Source: Bacteroidota bacterium
Lineage (GTDB): Bacteria; Bacteroidota; Bacteroidia; Chitinophagales; Chitinophagaceae
NCBI GenBank assembly: GCA_034408705.1
Contig: JAWXCO010000015.1
Coordinates: forward strand, 25,066-49,065
Direction of reading: 5' to 3'
Length of the DNA stretch: 24,000 nt
A program made the position numbers and the translations under genes. Shown piece after piece: positions 1 to 8,539 of this stretch. The notes under the pieces are model-generated. The model did no database searches. It saw only the letters and a program-made list of their open reading frames with translations, and was not told the DNA's origin. Numbering within the stretch: the first letter of the stretch is position 1; each line of letters starts with the position of its first letter.

Positions 1-240
1 CCTCACAGAACCTCATCCCGCATCTGGTTACGGACAAGCTATTAGTCCTCTCGATCCCATAGTCACGATAAATAACGGAATCGAATCACAAGGTTTTTCT
101 CACAGAATCACATAGCGGATTCAGCTTTAAATTGTTGCAAAAATTTCAGTATTTTTATTGAGCAGCTTGTAATTTTTTATTTCACAAACTGACATTAGTA
201 ACAACTATAAAACAGACCGAAACTATTGACCCGATAAATA

Positions 241-669
241 ATGAAAATTAGATTTTACCCTGAATATTACTGGTTCACAATTTTTGTGTTGAACACTATC
301 TCCTATCAATTGGTACAAGATAATATCAGACTAAATTATGATGGTGAAAATTTGACTGTTAAATACTTGCTAGGAATTGCACCTAATTTTTTTCCGGCTT
401 TTGGAATACCTGCTTTGTTTGTCATTTTAATTCCAATTTTTAGGAAAAAAAACAAGCCGAATGCATGGCTGAATAACTATAAGCACATAACAGCCAATAT
501 ACTTTCGCTAATAGGGCTTCTATCGTGGGAGTTTTTGCAAATGGCGATAACAAAAGGACGATTTGACTGGAACGATGTTCTTTGGACTTTCATTGGGGCC
601 TTGATTTTTCAATTAATATGGACTATCACCCCAGCCAGACTCAAAGAAGAATATGAAGAAGCAAAATAG
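241..669 (+). CDS. hypothetical small integral membrane protein (142 aa)
   Basis: ATG-initiated ORF with about 4 hydrophobic segments (FTIFVLNTISY, FPAFGIPALFVILIPIF, ANILSLIGLLSW, WTFIGALIFQLIW). I recognise no family motif. AT-rich coding region. Confidence 0.45.
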   Translation: MKIRFYPEYYWFTIFVLNTISYQLVQDNIRLNYDGENLTVKYLLGIAPNFFPAFGIPALFVILIPIFRKKNKPNAWLNNYKHITANILSLIGLLSWEFLQMAITKGRFDWNDVLWTFIGALIFQLIWTITPARLKEEYEEAK

Positions 670-735
670 GGAAATACCGGTACTTCGTCAGGCGCAGCCC
701 GGTAGTGACAAACGTATAATGACAAACGGTAAATA

Positions 736-1521
736 ATGACAGACGAAATAAAAAAAGAACTTTTAAGACTTGAACTTCAGCACGACATCAAAATTTTGTA
801 TGCCGTTGAAAGTGGAAGTCGTGCCTGGGGTTTTGCTTCGACTGACAGCGACTGGGATGTACGGTATATATACATTCATAATCCTGACTGGTATTTAAAA
901 ATTGACAGTAATAAAGACAACCAGGAAGAAATTTTATCTAACGATATCGACCTTGCCGGCTGGGAACTAAAAAAAGCATTACGCCTTTTTAGAAAATCAA
1001 ATCCACCCATGTTAGAATGGTTAAGAAGTCCAATCGTTTACCTGCAGCAATCTTCTACAGCAGACAAACTACGTGACCTGACAAAGGAATATTTCAATCC
1101 AAAATCCTGTCTTCATCATTACCTGCATATGGCAGAAGGTAATTACAAAACATATTTACAGAAGGAAAATGTGAGAGTAAAAAAATACTTTTATGTTTTA
1201 CGGCCTATACTTGCCTGCGACTGGATTAAACAAACCAATACAATGGTCCCCATGGAATTCCATAAACTTTTGGACAGCCAGGTTACAGACCAACCTATTA
1301 AGACAGCAATCCAAAACTTACTAACCCGAAAAATGGCAGGTGAAGAATTGAATGAAGAACCCAAAATTCAAATCCTGAACGACTTCGTTGAACAAAAAAT
1401 TGAGTTTTACAATGAATATATACAATCGTTGGAACAATATGACCAACCGGACACAGCAAAGCTTGATAAACTATTTAAACTGGCCATTCATGAAGCCTGG
1501 GAGGAGAATAGCAGTCAGTAG
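736..1521 (+). CDS. PF10127 (Nuc-transf / RlaP-like) predicted nucleotidyltransferase, pol-beta superfamily
   Basis: The N-terminal motif YAVESGSRAWGFASTDSDWDVRYIY is the G-S...D-x-D signature of minimal nucleotidyltransferases of this family. Length (261 aa) and the helical C-terminal half fit. Confidence 0.7.
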   Translation: MTDEIKKELLRLELQHDIKILYAVESGSRAWGFASTDSDWDVRYIYIHNPDWYLKIDSNKDNQEEILSNDIDLAGWELKKALRLFRKSNPPMLEWLRSPIVYLQQSSTADKLRDLTKEYFNPKSCLHHYLHMAEGNYKTYLQKENVRVKKYFYVLRPILACDWIKQTNTMVPMEFHKLLDSQVTDQPIKTAIQNLLTRKMAGEELNEEPKIQILNDFVEQKIEFYNEYIQSLEQYDQPDTAKLDKLFKLAIHEAWEENSSQ

Positions 1522-1729
1522 GTGTATGTTTTTTTGCCCTCGCTTACCAAAACTTTTCAAAAATGTTTGATAAAATAAAATTCTGGTGAGAAATATACCC
1601 TCTTGCTGCTGATACCTGCAACTCAATTGGCCCTGGTAAAAGACAGCCAGCCAACAAAAGAAAAATAAAATATCCGGTTACCGTACCAAGTTATCAGTTC
1701 GCCAAAAAATCCATTCTGCACTTTGTATG

Positions 1730-1763
1730 AACCGATCCTGATAGTAATCGGGACTATCGGGTT
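1730..1763 (-). repeat. GATAGT-loop compound hairpin, copy 1 (downstream of proline dehydrogenase)
   Basis: Outer stem aaccgat/atcgg(g)tt. Inner stem cctgat/atcggg closing the loop AGTA. A second inverted half-site, actatcgg, lies at 1753-1760. Same architecture as 22068-22102 and 23304-23336. Confidence 0.5.
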
Positions 1764-1860
1764 TAGCATTTACAATCCCACTATAGACGAGGCCCTGCTT
1801 TAGTGTATAGAAGCTGTGAAATGGAACAGCTTGCAGTTTTTACGTGAAGGAGTTTTGCCT

Positions 1861-3093
1861 TTATCCTTTTCGTCGCTCCAATTCCTTTTTGATCAGAGCC
1901 AATTCCCGGCCGGTCTGCCCTTTTACCGATGTATTTTCCTGGGCCCGCCGCATCAGGTAAGGCACTACATCTTTTATCGGACCAAAGGGCAGGTACTTGC
2001 TCACGGAACAACCGGCATGGGCGAGGTTGAACGTGATATTATCACTCATCCCATAGAGCTGGCTCCAGTGTATATGCGGATGATTTAATGATAGTCCTTT
2101 TTGTTGTAACAGCTGGGTAGCGTAGAGATTACTGTACTCATTATGTGAAGCAACGATCAGTCCGATCCTGTCGAGGTGCTGAATACAAAATTCTATTCCA
2201 GCATTATAATCCCTGTCAGTACTTTCCTTATCCTGTTGTATCGGGGAGGGATAACCCTTCTCCGCAGCCCTTTTTCTTTCCTTCTCCATATAAGCGCCCC
2301 GCACCAGTTTGGCACCTAAAATAAAATTTCTTTCCCTGGCTGCTTCATAAGAATCTTTCAGGAACTGAAGCCTGTCGTGCCGGTAATGCTGAATGGTATT
2401 GTAAACAACACAACGATTTTTATTAAACGTATCCATCATCAGGATCGTAAGCGCATCAACCGGGTCCTGTATCCAGGTTTCCTCTGCATCGATTAGCACC
2501 CCCACCTTTTTCTCTGCCGCTATTTCGCAGATCCGCATCATCCGGTGACGGACCCGGTGCCACTCTTCTTTTTCTGCTGCATTCAGGTCATCTATTGATT
2601 TCAAAAAACGTTTCATCAGCGTACCTTCCGCCTGGTGCATCATCGTGTCCAGTTTTTCCAATAAAGCAAAGCGGGCAAGACCCGTTACTTTAATACTCAT
2701 AAAAGGAATATTGGGCTGCGTGGCTGAATAGTTGATCACCCGGATAAATTCGTCCGTAGAATTGTCAAACCCGAGTTCCCCGTCATCTCCTCCTTCCACA
2801 CCATAATCGAGTATCACCTGAACATTGTACGTTCCCATCTTGCTTGCCACCACGGCAGTTTGCTCCAGGGTCTCACCTCCTACAAACTGGGCAAAAATCG
2901 TACTACGGATAATTCCTTTTACGGGCAGCCCGGCCTTGATGGACCAGGGCGCAATGCGGGTTCCCATACTGACCAGCCAGGGTTTAGCCATCATAGAAAA
3001 AAGAAAGCTGGCCTTCTTCAGTTGCTCATTGGTTTTGTATTCAAATGCAAACTCTGTATTATCAAACGAAATAGCAGGTGTAGATATATCCAT
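1861..3093 (-). CDS. proline dehydrogenase family protein (monofunctional, 410 aa)
   Basis: Typical Bacteroidota proline dehydrogenase features: N-terminal ISFDNTEFAF, FVGGETLEQ, VILDYGVEG, KVTGLARF, LIDAEETWIQD, LVRGAYMEKER, VASHNE. Confidence 0.8.
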   Translation of the reverse strand: MDISTPAISFDNTEFAFEYKTNEQLKKASFLFSMMAKPWLVSMGTRIAPWSIKAGLPVKGIIRSTIFAQFVGGETLEQTAVVASKMGTYNVQVILDYGVEGGDDGELGFDNSTDEFIRVINYSATQPNIPFMSIKVTGLARFALLEKLDTMMHQAEGTLMKRFLKSIDDLNAAEKEEWHRVRHRMMRICEIAAEKKVGVLIDAEETWIQDPVDALTILMMDTFNKNRCVVYNTIQHYRHDRLQFLKDSYEAARERNFILGAKLVRGAYMEKERKRAAEKGYPSPIQQDKESTDRDYNAGIEFCIQHLDRIGLIVASHNEYSNLYATQLLQQKGLSLNHPHIHWSQLYGMSDNITFNLAHAGCSVSKYLPFGPIKDVVPYLMRRAQENTSVKGQTGRELALIKKELERRKG

Positions 3094-3097
3094 ACAG

Positions 3098-3105
3098 CAA
3101 ACGTA
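3098..3105 (-). promoter_or_regulatory. Bacteroidota -7 promoter box (TACGTTTG) for proline dehydrogenase
   Basis: Exact match to TAnnTTTG on the minus strand. Its G lies 5 nt before the A of the ATG at 3093, implying a leaderless or near-leaderless mRNA. Confidence 0.45.
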
Positions 3106-3242
3106 ATTTCCTGTAAAATTAACTGAAAGCCTTTTATTGGAAAGAATGTCTTTTAGCGGTGACCCCAGGCAAACGCAGGCAGTATGTTACGTTTTTGGAA
3201 AATCAATTCCTCTCATCGCCAGAATGGCTGCCCCTCCTTGCC

Positions 3243-3250
3243 TATCTTTG
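3243..3250 (+). promoter_or_regulatory. Bacteroidota -7 promoter box (TATCTTTG) for the acyl-CoA thioesterase
   Basis: Exact TAnnTTTG match. Its G lies 6 nt before the ATG at 3256. It sits inside the long version of the ORF (3184), which argues for the shorter start. Confidence 0.45.
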
Positions 3251-3255
3251 CGCAA

Positions 3256-3780
3256 ATGGCGACTATGAATTCTAAAAAATCAGCGGAAAGCCTGACAATC
3301 ATGACCGAGCTGGTGTTACCCAACGATACCAATGTATTTGGCAACCTGATGGGTGGACGATTAATGTACTGGATGGATATTGCTGCAGCCATAGCAGCGC
3401 AAAAGCATTGTAATGCGCCCGTCGTCACGGCTTCTGTTGATAATATATCTTTTGAAAACCCCATCAAACTCGGGAACGTGGTTCATATTGAAGCCAGGAT
3501 AACCCGGACTTTCAATTCATCGATGGAAGTACACCTGAATGTATGGGGAGAAGACCTGACCCAGCAATATAAATACAAAAGCAATCAGGCTTATTACACA
3601 TTTGTTGCACTCGATCCCAACCGGAAACCGCGGACCGTTCCACAACTCCTGGTAGAAACAGAAGAGGAGAAAAAATTGTTTGATGGTGCCTTACGAAGAA
3701 GGCAGCTGCGGCTGATACTGGGCGGAAAAATGAAACCCGATGATGCGGTGGAATTAAAAGCCCTGTTTTTTAAAGAGTAA
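3256..3780 (+). CDS. acyl-CoA thioesterase, hotdog fold (YciA/ACOT-like)
   Basis: The motif ELVLPNDTNVFGNLMGGRLMYWMDIAAAIAA is typical of YciA/BFIT-type hotdog thioesterases. I moved the start from 3184 to the internal ATG at 3256 because of the -7 box at 3243-3250. The ATG at 3265 is an alternative. Confidence 0.7.
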   Translation: MATMNSKKSAESLTIMTELVLPNDTNVFGNLMGGRLMYWMDIAAAIAAQKHCNAPVVTASVDNISFENPIKLGNVVHIEARITRTFNSSMEVHLNVWGEDLTQQYKYKSNQAYYTFVALDPNRKPRTVPQLLVETEEEKKLFDGALRRRQLRLILGGKMKPDDAVELKALFFKE

Positions 3781-3788
3781 ACGACTGC

Positions 3789-4556
3789 TTATTTATCCGT
3801 GGTTTGCCAATGATGTTTTCCCTTCATCATAAACCTTTTGCTTTGTTCGATGGAGTCCATAAGCTGCGCCATAATGTCTTCGGATGACGCATCATAGTCA
3901 ATAACTAATGGTGCTTTAAAAGTGATGGAGAGAAGGGATCCCTTCTTTTTGAATTTCAATCCTTTCTTGTTAAACGCCCTCCAGAAACCCCTGATCACCA
4001 CCGGTATCACAATAGGTTTCATTTGTTTGATAATCAGTGCCGTACCTTTCCTTCCGGGAGCGAAAGGCTTGGTGGTTCCCTGCGGAAAAGTGATCACCCA
4101 GTTATTTTCCAATGCCCTGGTGATCTTGCGGGTATCGGATGGGTCCAGACCTCTGCGAATTTCTTTTCCTTCAGCCCGCCAGGTACGTCTCACAGTTAAT
4201 CCTCCAGCCAGTAAAAAAAGCCGGCTGATAAAACTTCCTTTCATGGTTTCTTCGGCTGCCACATAATTGACCCTGGTAAACGGATTCAGTAAATAATACG
4301 GAATACCTAACCGGTTCTTCTTCCCCCATTTCACCGCACAAAAAATATGGAGAAAAGTAATGACATCCGCAAAATAGGTTTGATGATTACTCACAAACAA
4401 CACTTTTTTGGGAGGGAGCCCCTTGAAATGCTCCGTACCTTCAATCTTCAGCTTATTGATAATGGCAAGTCCTGGATAGGAAAAAAGGCCTACAAAGAAG
4501 TAGACTATTTTCCTCACCGGGTGAAAATTCTTTAACCTTTCGACAATAGGAGTCAT
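3789..4556 (-). CDS. lysophospholipid (1-acyl-glycerol-3-phosphate type) acyltransferase family protein
   Basis: Acyltransferase block I SNHQTYFAD and block III FPQGT, with an N-terminal hydrophobic anchor. The His-Asp spacing is H-x5-D. Confidence 0.7.
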   Translation of the reverse strand: MTPIVERLKNFHPVRKIVYFFVGLFSYPGLAIINKLKIEGTEHFKGLPPKKVLFVSNHQTYFADVITFLHIFCAVKWGKKNRLGIPYYLLNPFTRVNYVAAEETMKGSFISRLFLLAGGLTVRRTWRAEGKEIRRGLDPSDTRKITRALENNWVITFPQGTTKPFAPGRKGTALIIKQMKPIVIPVVIRGFWRAFNKKGLKFKKKGSLLSITFKAPLVIDYDASSEDIMAQLMDSIEQSKRFMMKGKHHWQTTDK

Positions 4557-4643
4557 GTATTGTATTTAGCCAGCAATGATGGCTCAAATTAATGAATTGT
4601 AATATAATAAACCCCTTTGAAAGTCATCCTTTTTTAATGTAAT

Positions 4644-4669
4644 AAAGGACCCCTGAAAAGGAGCCCTTT
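4644..4669 (-). terminator. possible stem-loop terminator after the T9SS cargo gene
   Basis: Minus-strand RNA aaagggctcc-uuuuca-ggggucCuuu forms a 10-bp stem, 2 pairs of which are G-U on the minus strand only. There is no clear U-tract. Confidence 0.35.
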
Positions 4670-4722
4670 ATTTAACCTACCTTGAAGGTTAAGTGAAAAA
4701 ATCAATATCGTAAAGCCTATTT

Positions 4723-6192
4723 TTATTTAATTCCTCCTACAACTATTTTTTCCACCGTATTTTCTCCTGTTTCAGGTATGATTGTACGCAGCAAATAAAT
4801 TCCCGGTTTCAAATTATCTATCTGGATAGTATTACCATTTATAGCTTTCCATTGCCTGATGATGCGGCCGCTGATGTCGGCGAGCGTTACAGCCCGGTTG
4901 ACTTCTCTGTCTTCAAATACCACATTCACTCTTCCATCCTGACTTGGGTTAGGATATATTAGTGTCCTTCCTTTTTGCCCGTCACCCCGTACAGTACGAA
5001 TATCACTGAGCTTGCTTCTTCCATCAATATCTACCTGCTGAATTCGGTATTGACTTATATCCTTGCTTGCATTCAAATCATTATATGTATACACCTGCAT
5101 TGAACTGCTATTTCCACCGAGTGCCTGTGATCTGATAAAGGCTATCGTCTCCCAGACGTTATTCCCAATATTTCTTTGCAATCCAAAACCACTGTTATTT
5201 GTTTCGGTAGCTGTTTCCCATCTTAATGTCACATTTGACCTGTTGATTCTTTTTGCTGTAAATGAGGTAAAGCTAACTGGCAAAGGGCTACACAATGGTG
5301 AACGTAATAAAATAACTCTCGAAGCACCAGTTCCTGTGCCAGTTGTTTGAGTGAACACCAGGAATATATTCTGGCCAAGATTTGCAACCGGTATCGAACC
5401 CCCGACAGTAGTAGTAGTAGCCGGTCCCGCAACAATGCCATATGTAATCGGACCACTTATAAGCGTATCTGTAACAGGAGTAAAATAGCCATCCCGGTTT
5501 ACATCAGCATATACTCTGTAATAACCATTGAGTGCAATACCGGTGTTATTTGTCACTATTGCAGAATAAGTTGGAGGGTTACCGCAAAAAATAAACCCGG
5601 TCACTGATATGTATCCTGCCGTAGATAAAATACCGCAATTGACACAATGGGCTCTTTGCGCATTAGAGGACTGACTTGACCAAAGGTCAGCTACTATAAC
5701 AACAGGCGTACCACAAGGTACAGACACTGTCGTAGTTACACCTATCAGGGTGATGTTAGCTGAACCATCAGGTAATACTACTCTTGTTATTGAATTTACA
5801 GTAGTTAAAGTAACTGAAGGATCAGGCGGATAAACGGTTAAAATGGTGGGGATAGGACCATTGTTATCTATACCAATATTAAAAAAAGAATTACCAAGAT
5901 CACCCGCGTCAGGAGCAGCGATTGAACCATTAAGTGTGGGATTGCCATTTACACACTGAAAATAATCTGGATACTCACTTTGTAGCCAGGCATGAATAAA
6001 AATATATTTATTCCCCCCATTATTTGCAATATTAAAGGTGGCATCAAAAGTTACTGTGCAGGTGCCAGTACCCGGAACAACATTTCGTATATTCTGAATA
6101 AAAATATCAGAAACCGTACATTGAGCACGTAGCTTTCCGGCGCTAAACGCAACAAGGGCGATAAACAAGAGTGATCGTAAAACTGTTTTCAT
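4723..6192 (-). CDS. secreted protein of unknown function with T9SS type-A C-terminal sorting domain
   Basis: Start moved to the ATG at 6192, giving the signal peptide MKTVLRSLLFIALVAFSAGKLRAQ. The C-terminal ~80 aa (LIYPNPSQDGRVNVVF...LKPGIYLLRTI...VEKIVV) match the Por/T9SS secretion tail. The middle region is Thr/Gly/Val-rich and beta-like. Confidence 0.75.
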   Translation of the reverse strand: MKTVLRSLLFIALVAFSAGKLRAQCTVSDIFIQNIRNVVPGTGTCTVTFDATFNIANNGGNKYIFIHAWLQSEYPDYFQCVNGNPTLNGSIAAPDAGDLGNSFFNIGIDNNGPIPTILTVYPPDPSVTLTTVNSITRVVLPDGSANITLIGVTTTVSVPCGTPVVIVADLWSSQSSNAQRAHCVNCGILSTAGYISVTGFIFCGNPPTYSAIVTNNTGIALNGYYRVYADVNRDGYFTPVTDTLISGPITYGIVAGPATTTTVGGSIPVANLGQNIFLVFTQTTGTGTGASRVILLRSPLCSPLPVSFTSFTAKRINRSNVTLRWETATETNNSGFGLQRNIGNNVWETIAFIRSQALGGNSSSMQVYTYNDLNASKDISQYRIQQVDIDGRSKLSDIRTVRGDGQKGRTLIYPNPSQDGRVNVVFEDREVNRAVTLADISGRIIRQWKAINGNTIQIDNLKPGIYLLRTIIPETGENTVEKIVVGGIK

Positions 6193-6394
6193 AACGTTTA
6201 ATTTTAAAAAGATTAAAAATGCTCTAAAAATTTTTTCCAGACTTTTAGCTGGCACTTTCACAAGAAACGGGATTTGTTTTTTTCGTAGGGGGGATAACAA
6301 GAATTACCGAAAAGCGTACCAGAAAAAGACTCCCTCAAAAAGATTATAACAACGTTAAACAGGTACATAATTCTACAAAACAGGATAATAATGG

Positions 6395-6408
6395 GTAGAT
6401 AGTTCTAC
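6395..6408 (-). repeat. short hairpin with TAGT loop (weaker GATAGT-family member)
   Basis: gtaga-TAGT-tctac contains GATAGTT. It lies in the rpsA / T9SS-gene spacer. Confidence 0.3.
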
Positions 6409-6467
6409 AATCTCCATAAAGAGATTTTCTAAATTCCCCATGAGGGGTTTAAAGCAGGTTGATCGTA

Positions 6468-6501
6468 TAAAAAAAATCCTCTCGTTTGAAACGAGAGGAT
6501 T
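6468..6501 (-). terminator. rho-independent terminator of rpsA
   Basis: Perfect 11-bp stem aatcctctcgt / acgagaggatt (6475-6485 / 6491-6501) with a 5-nt loop. On the minus strand it is followed by a U-tract (the plus-strand A-run ending at 6476). It lies 27 nt after the rpsA stop. Confidence 0.8.
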
Positions 6502-6527
6502 TGATTATTAAACCAAATAAACTGTAC

Positions 6528-8504
6528 TTATTCAGGCTTTGTTTCTTCGGCAGCTGGAGCTGTATCATCGCTGCCACCTTCCATCTTTTTCTTCAATTCA
6601 GCCAGCACACCCAAATCACCCAAAGTAGATTTTTCTACTTTAGTCTGTACGTTCTTAACAGCCTTTCTTGTGCTTTCAGCTTCTGCCCTTACTTCTTTCT
6701 TAGCAGTTTCAGCCTCTTCCACTTTTACCTGCTCCCAAATGCGGGTATGAGATACTACAATGCGTTTTTCATTGCGGTCAAACTCAATCACCATGAACTG
6801 AGCAGTTTCATCTGCAGCAATACTCTTACCATCTTCTTTCGCAAGATGACGGTTAGGAGCAAAGCCTTCCAGGCCATAAGATAACTGAACAGTAGCGCCT
6901 TTATCATCTCTGCGGCTCACCGTACCTTCATGAAGGCTGCCGATGGCAAACGTATCCTGCAGGGAATTCCAGGGATCTTCTTCCAGTTGTTTGTGACCTA
7001 ATTGCAGTTTCCTGTTTTCTTTATCGATACCCAGGATGATCACATCAATGTTAGCAGCCACTTTCGTGTATTCACCGGGGTGATTAAAGCGCTTCAGCCA
7101 GCTCAGGTCGCTGATATGGATCATACCACCGATACCAGCAGCCAGTTCGACAAACACACCATAATTAGTGATATTCTTCACCAGGCCGTTATGCTTGCTG
7201 CCTTCTGCAAATTTTATTTCAATATCATTCCACGGATCAGCAGAAAGCTGCTTGATCGACAAGCTCATCTTGCGGCTTGCTTTATCCAGGGTTACTACTT
7301 TCGCTTCATGCTCATCACCCAGCTTAAAGAATTCTTTGGCGTTGATTGGCGTATTGGCCCACGTAATTTCTGATACATGCACCAGTCCTTCCACACCCGG
7401 CTGAATTTCGAGGAAAGCACCGTAATCTTCAATATTTACCACTTTACCTTTTACGATATTGCCTTCAGCAATATTTTCTGCCAGCACATCCCATGGATGC
7501 GGGGTCAGTTGTTTCAGGCCAAGGCTGATACGTTTCTTCTCATCATCAAAATCAAGTACCACCACATTGATCTTCTGATCCAATTTCAATACTTCAGTCG
7601 GGTGAGAGATACGCCCCCATGAAATATCAGTAATATATAACAGCCCATCTAAGCCACCCAGGTCCATGAACGCACCGAAATCGGTAATATTCTTCACCGT
7701 TCCTTCCAGTACTTGTCCTTTCTCCAGTTTGCTCATGATCTCTGCACGTTGTGCTTCGATATCGCTTTCGATCAGGGCTTTGTGAGATACAACAGCATTC
7801 TTAATAGTTTCGTTGATCTTAACTACTTTAAATTCCATTGTTTTACCTACAAACTGATCGTAATCTGTTACAGGCTTCACATCGATCTGTGAACCTGGTA
7901 AGAATGTTTCCATTCCAAATACGTCAACGATCAAACCACCCTTGGTTTTAGAAGTAACTGTACCGGTGATCACTTCACCTGTTTTGTGTACTTCCACAAT
8001 TCTTTCCCATGCCCTGGTAATACGGGCCTGGCGGCGGCTCAGGTTCAGGTGTCCGTCCCTGTCTTCTTTTTCTACGATCATCACTTCCACTTCATCACCT
8101 ACGGAAAGATTAGGAAGATCACGGAATTCATTGAGGGAAATCAAACCATCACTTTTAAAGCCAATGTTCAGGACTACGTCGGTTTTAGTTAAACCAACTA
8201 CCAATCCTTTCATCATTTGTCCATCGTCTAACTGAACAAATGTGTTATCATACACCGTATGATATTTTTCTTTTTCATCTTTCGTGTAAGACGTCACGTT
8301 ACGTTTGTCAACACTCCAGTCAAAATCATCATGGGGCGTTTCCGGGGCATAAGCAGGTTTCTTTGCAGAAACCTCCTCTATTCCGGCAGAACCGGAATCT
8401 GCGACAGGTGCAGTTGTTGTCGCTGTAGCTGTCTCTTCCGGGAGGGAAGCTGCAGTCTCCTGTTCATCAGCGTTTAGTTGTTTTCTAATTACGTTTTCAA
8501 ACAT
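6528..8504 (-). CDS. rpsA: 30S ribosomal protein S1
   Basis: Six tandem S1/OB repeats with the recurring motifs G.V..(I/V)...G.F(V/L)(D/E)(L/I)..G..G(L/M).H.S(E/D). It has an acidic, low-complexity N-terminus and a Lys/Glu-rich C-terminal tail. Confidence 0.9.
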   Translation of the reverse strand: MFENVIRKQLNADEQETAASLPEETATATTTAPVADSGSAGIEEVSAKKPAYAPETPHDDFDWSVDKRNVTSYTKDEKEKYHTVYDNTFVQLDDGQMMKGLVVGLTKTDVVLNIGFKSDGLISLNEFRDLPNLSVGDEVEVMIVEKEDRDGHLNLSRRQARITRAWERIVEVHKTGEVITGTVTSKTKGGLIVDVFGMETFLPGSQIDVKPVTDYDQFVGKTMEFKVVKINETIKNAVVSHKALIESDIEAQRAEIMSKLEKGQVLEGTVKNITDFGAFMDLGGLDGLLYITDISWGRISHPTEVLKLDQKINVVVLDFDDEKKRISLGLKQLTPHPWDVLAENIAEGNIVKGKVVNIEDYGAFLEIQPGVEGLVHVSEITWANTPINAKEFFKLGDEHEAKVVTLDKASRKMSLSIKQLSADPWNDIEIKFAEGSKHNGLVKNITNYGVFVELAAGIGGMIHISDLSWLKRFNHPGEYTKVAANIDVIILGIDKENRKLQLGHKQLEEDPWNSLQDTFAIGSLHEGTVSRRDDKGATVQLSYGLEGFAPNRHLAKEDGKSIAADETAQFMVIEFDRNEKRIVVSHTRIWEQVKVEEAETAKKEVRAEAESTRKAVKNVQTKVEKSTLGDLGVLAELKKKMEGGSDDTAPAAEETKPE

Positions 8505-8539
8505 TTAAATAGTCCCGAAGGGTTTTATTTTCGGGGCAG

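Noticed and set aside
1-45. RNase P-like ACAGAAC string at the left edge
   Set aside because: The conserved continuation (..GGCTTA..) is absent, and the same 9-mer repeats at 99-107. This favours a simple repeat over a truncated RNase P RNA.
70-95. tRNA-like T-loop string (ggaatcgaatc / gattcgattcc)
   Set aside because: The flanking bases do not form a T-stem on either strand. No acceptor or anticodon arms can be drawn. It is most likely a chance match.
1522-1860. 340-bp gap searched for a small gene. A minus-strand open frame of about 38-60 codons was seen (…LLAGCLLPGPIELQVSAARGYISHQNFILSNIFEKFW*)
   Set aside because: It has no ATG or GTG start (only TTG candidates) and no recognisable motif. 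I treat the region as non-coding, containing hairpin copy 1.
1388-3126. ORF-track entries 1388-1570(+), 1781-2011(-), 1816-2088(+), 2825-3106(+), 2860-3126(+), and the many similar 60-135 aa ORFs opposite or overlapping rpsA, the T9SS gene, arsS, secY, S5 and others
   Set aside because: They lie antisense to, or out of frame within, much longer ORFs that have clear family motifs. Their translations are low-complexity or Cys/Arg/Ser-rich, as is typical of shadow frames, and none has a recognisable motif.
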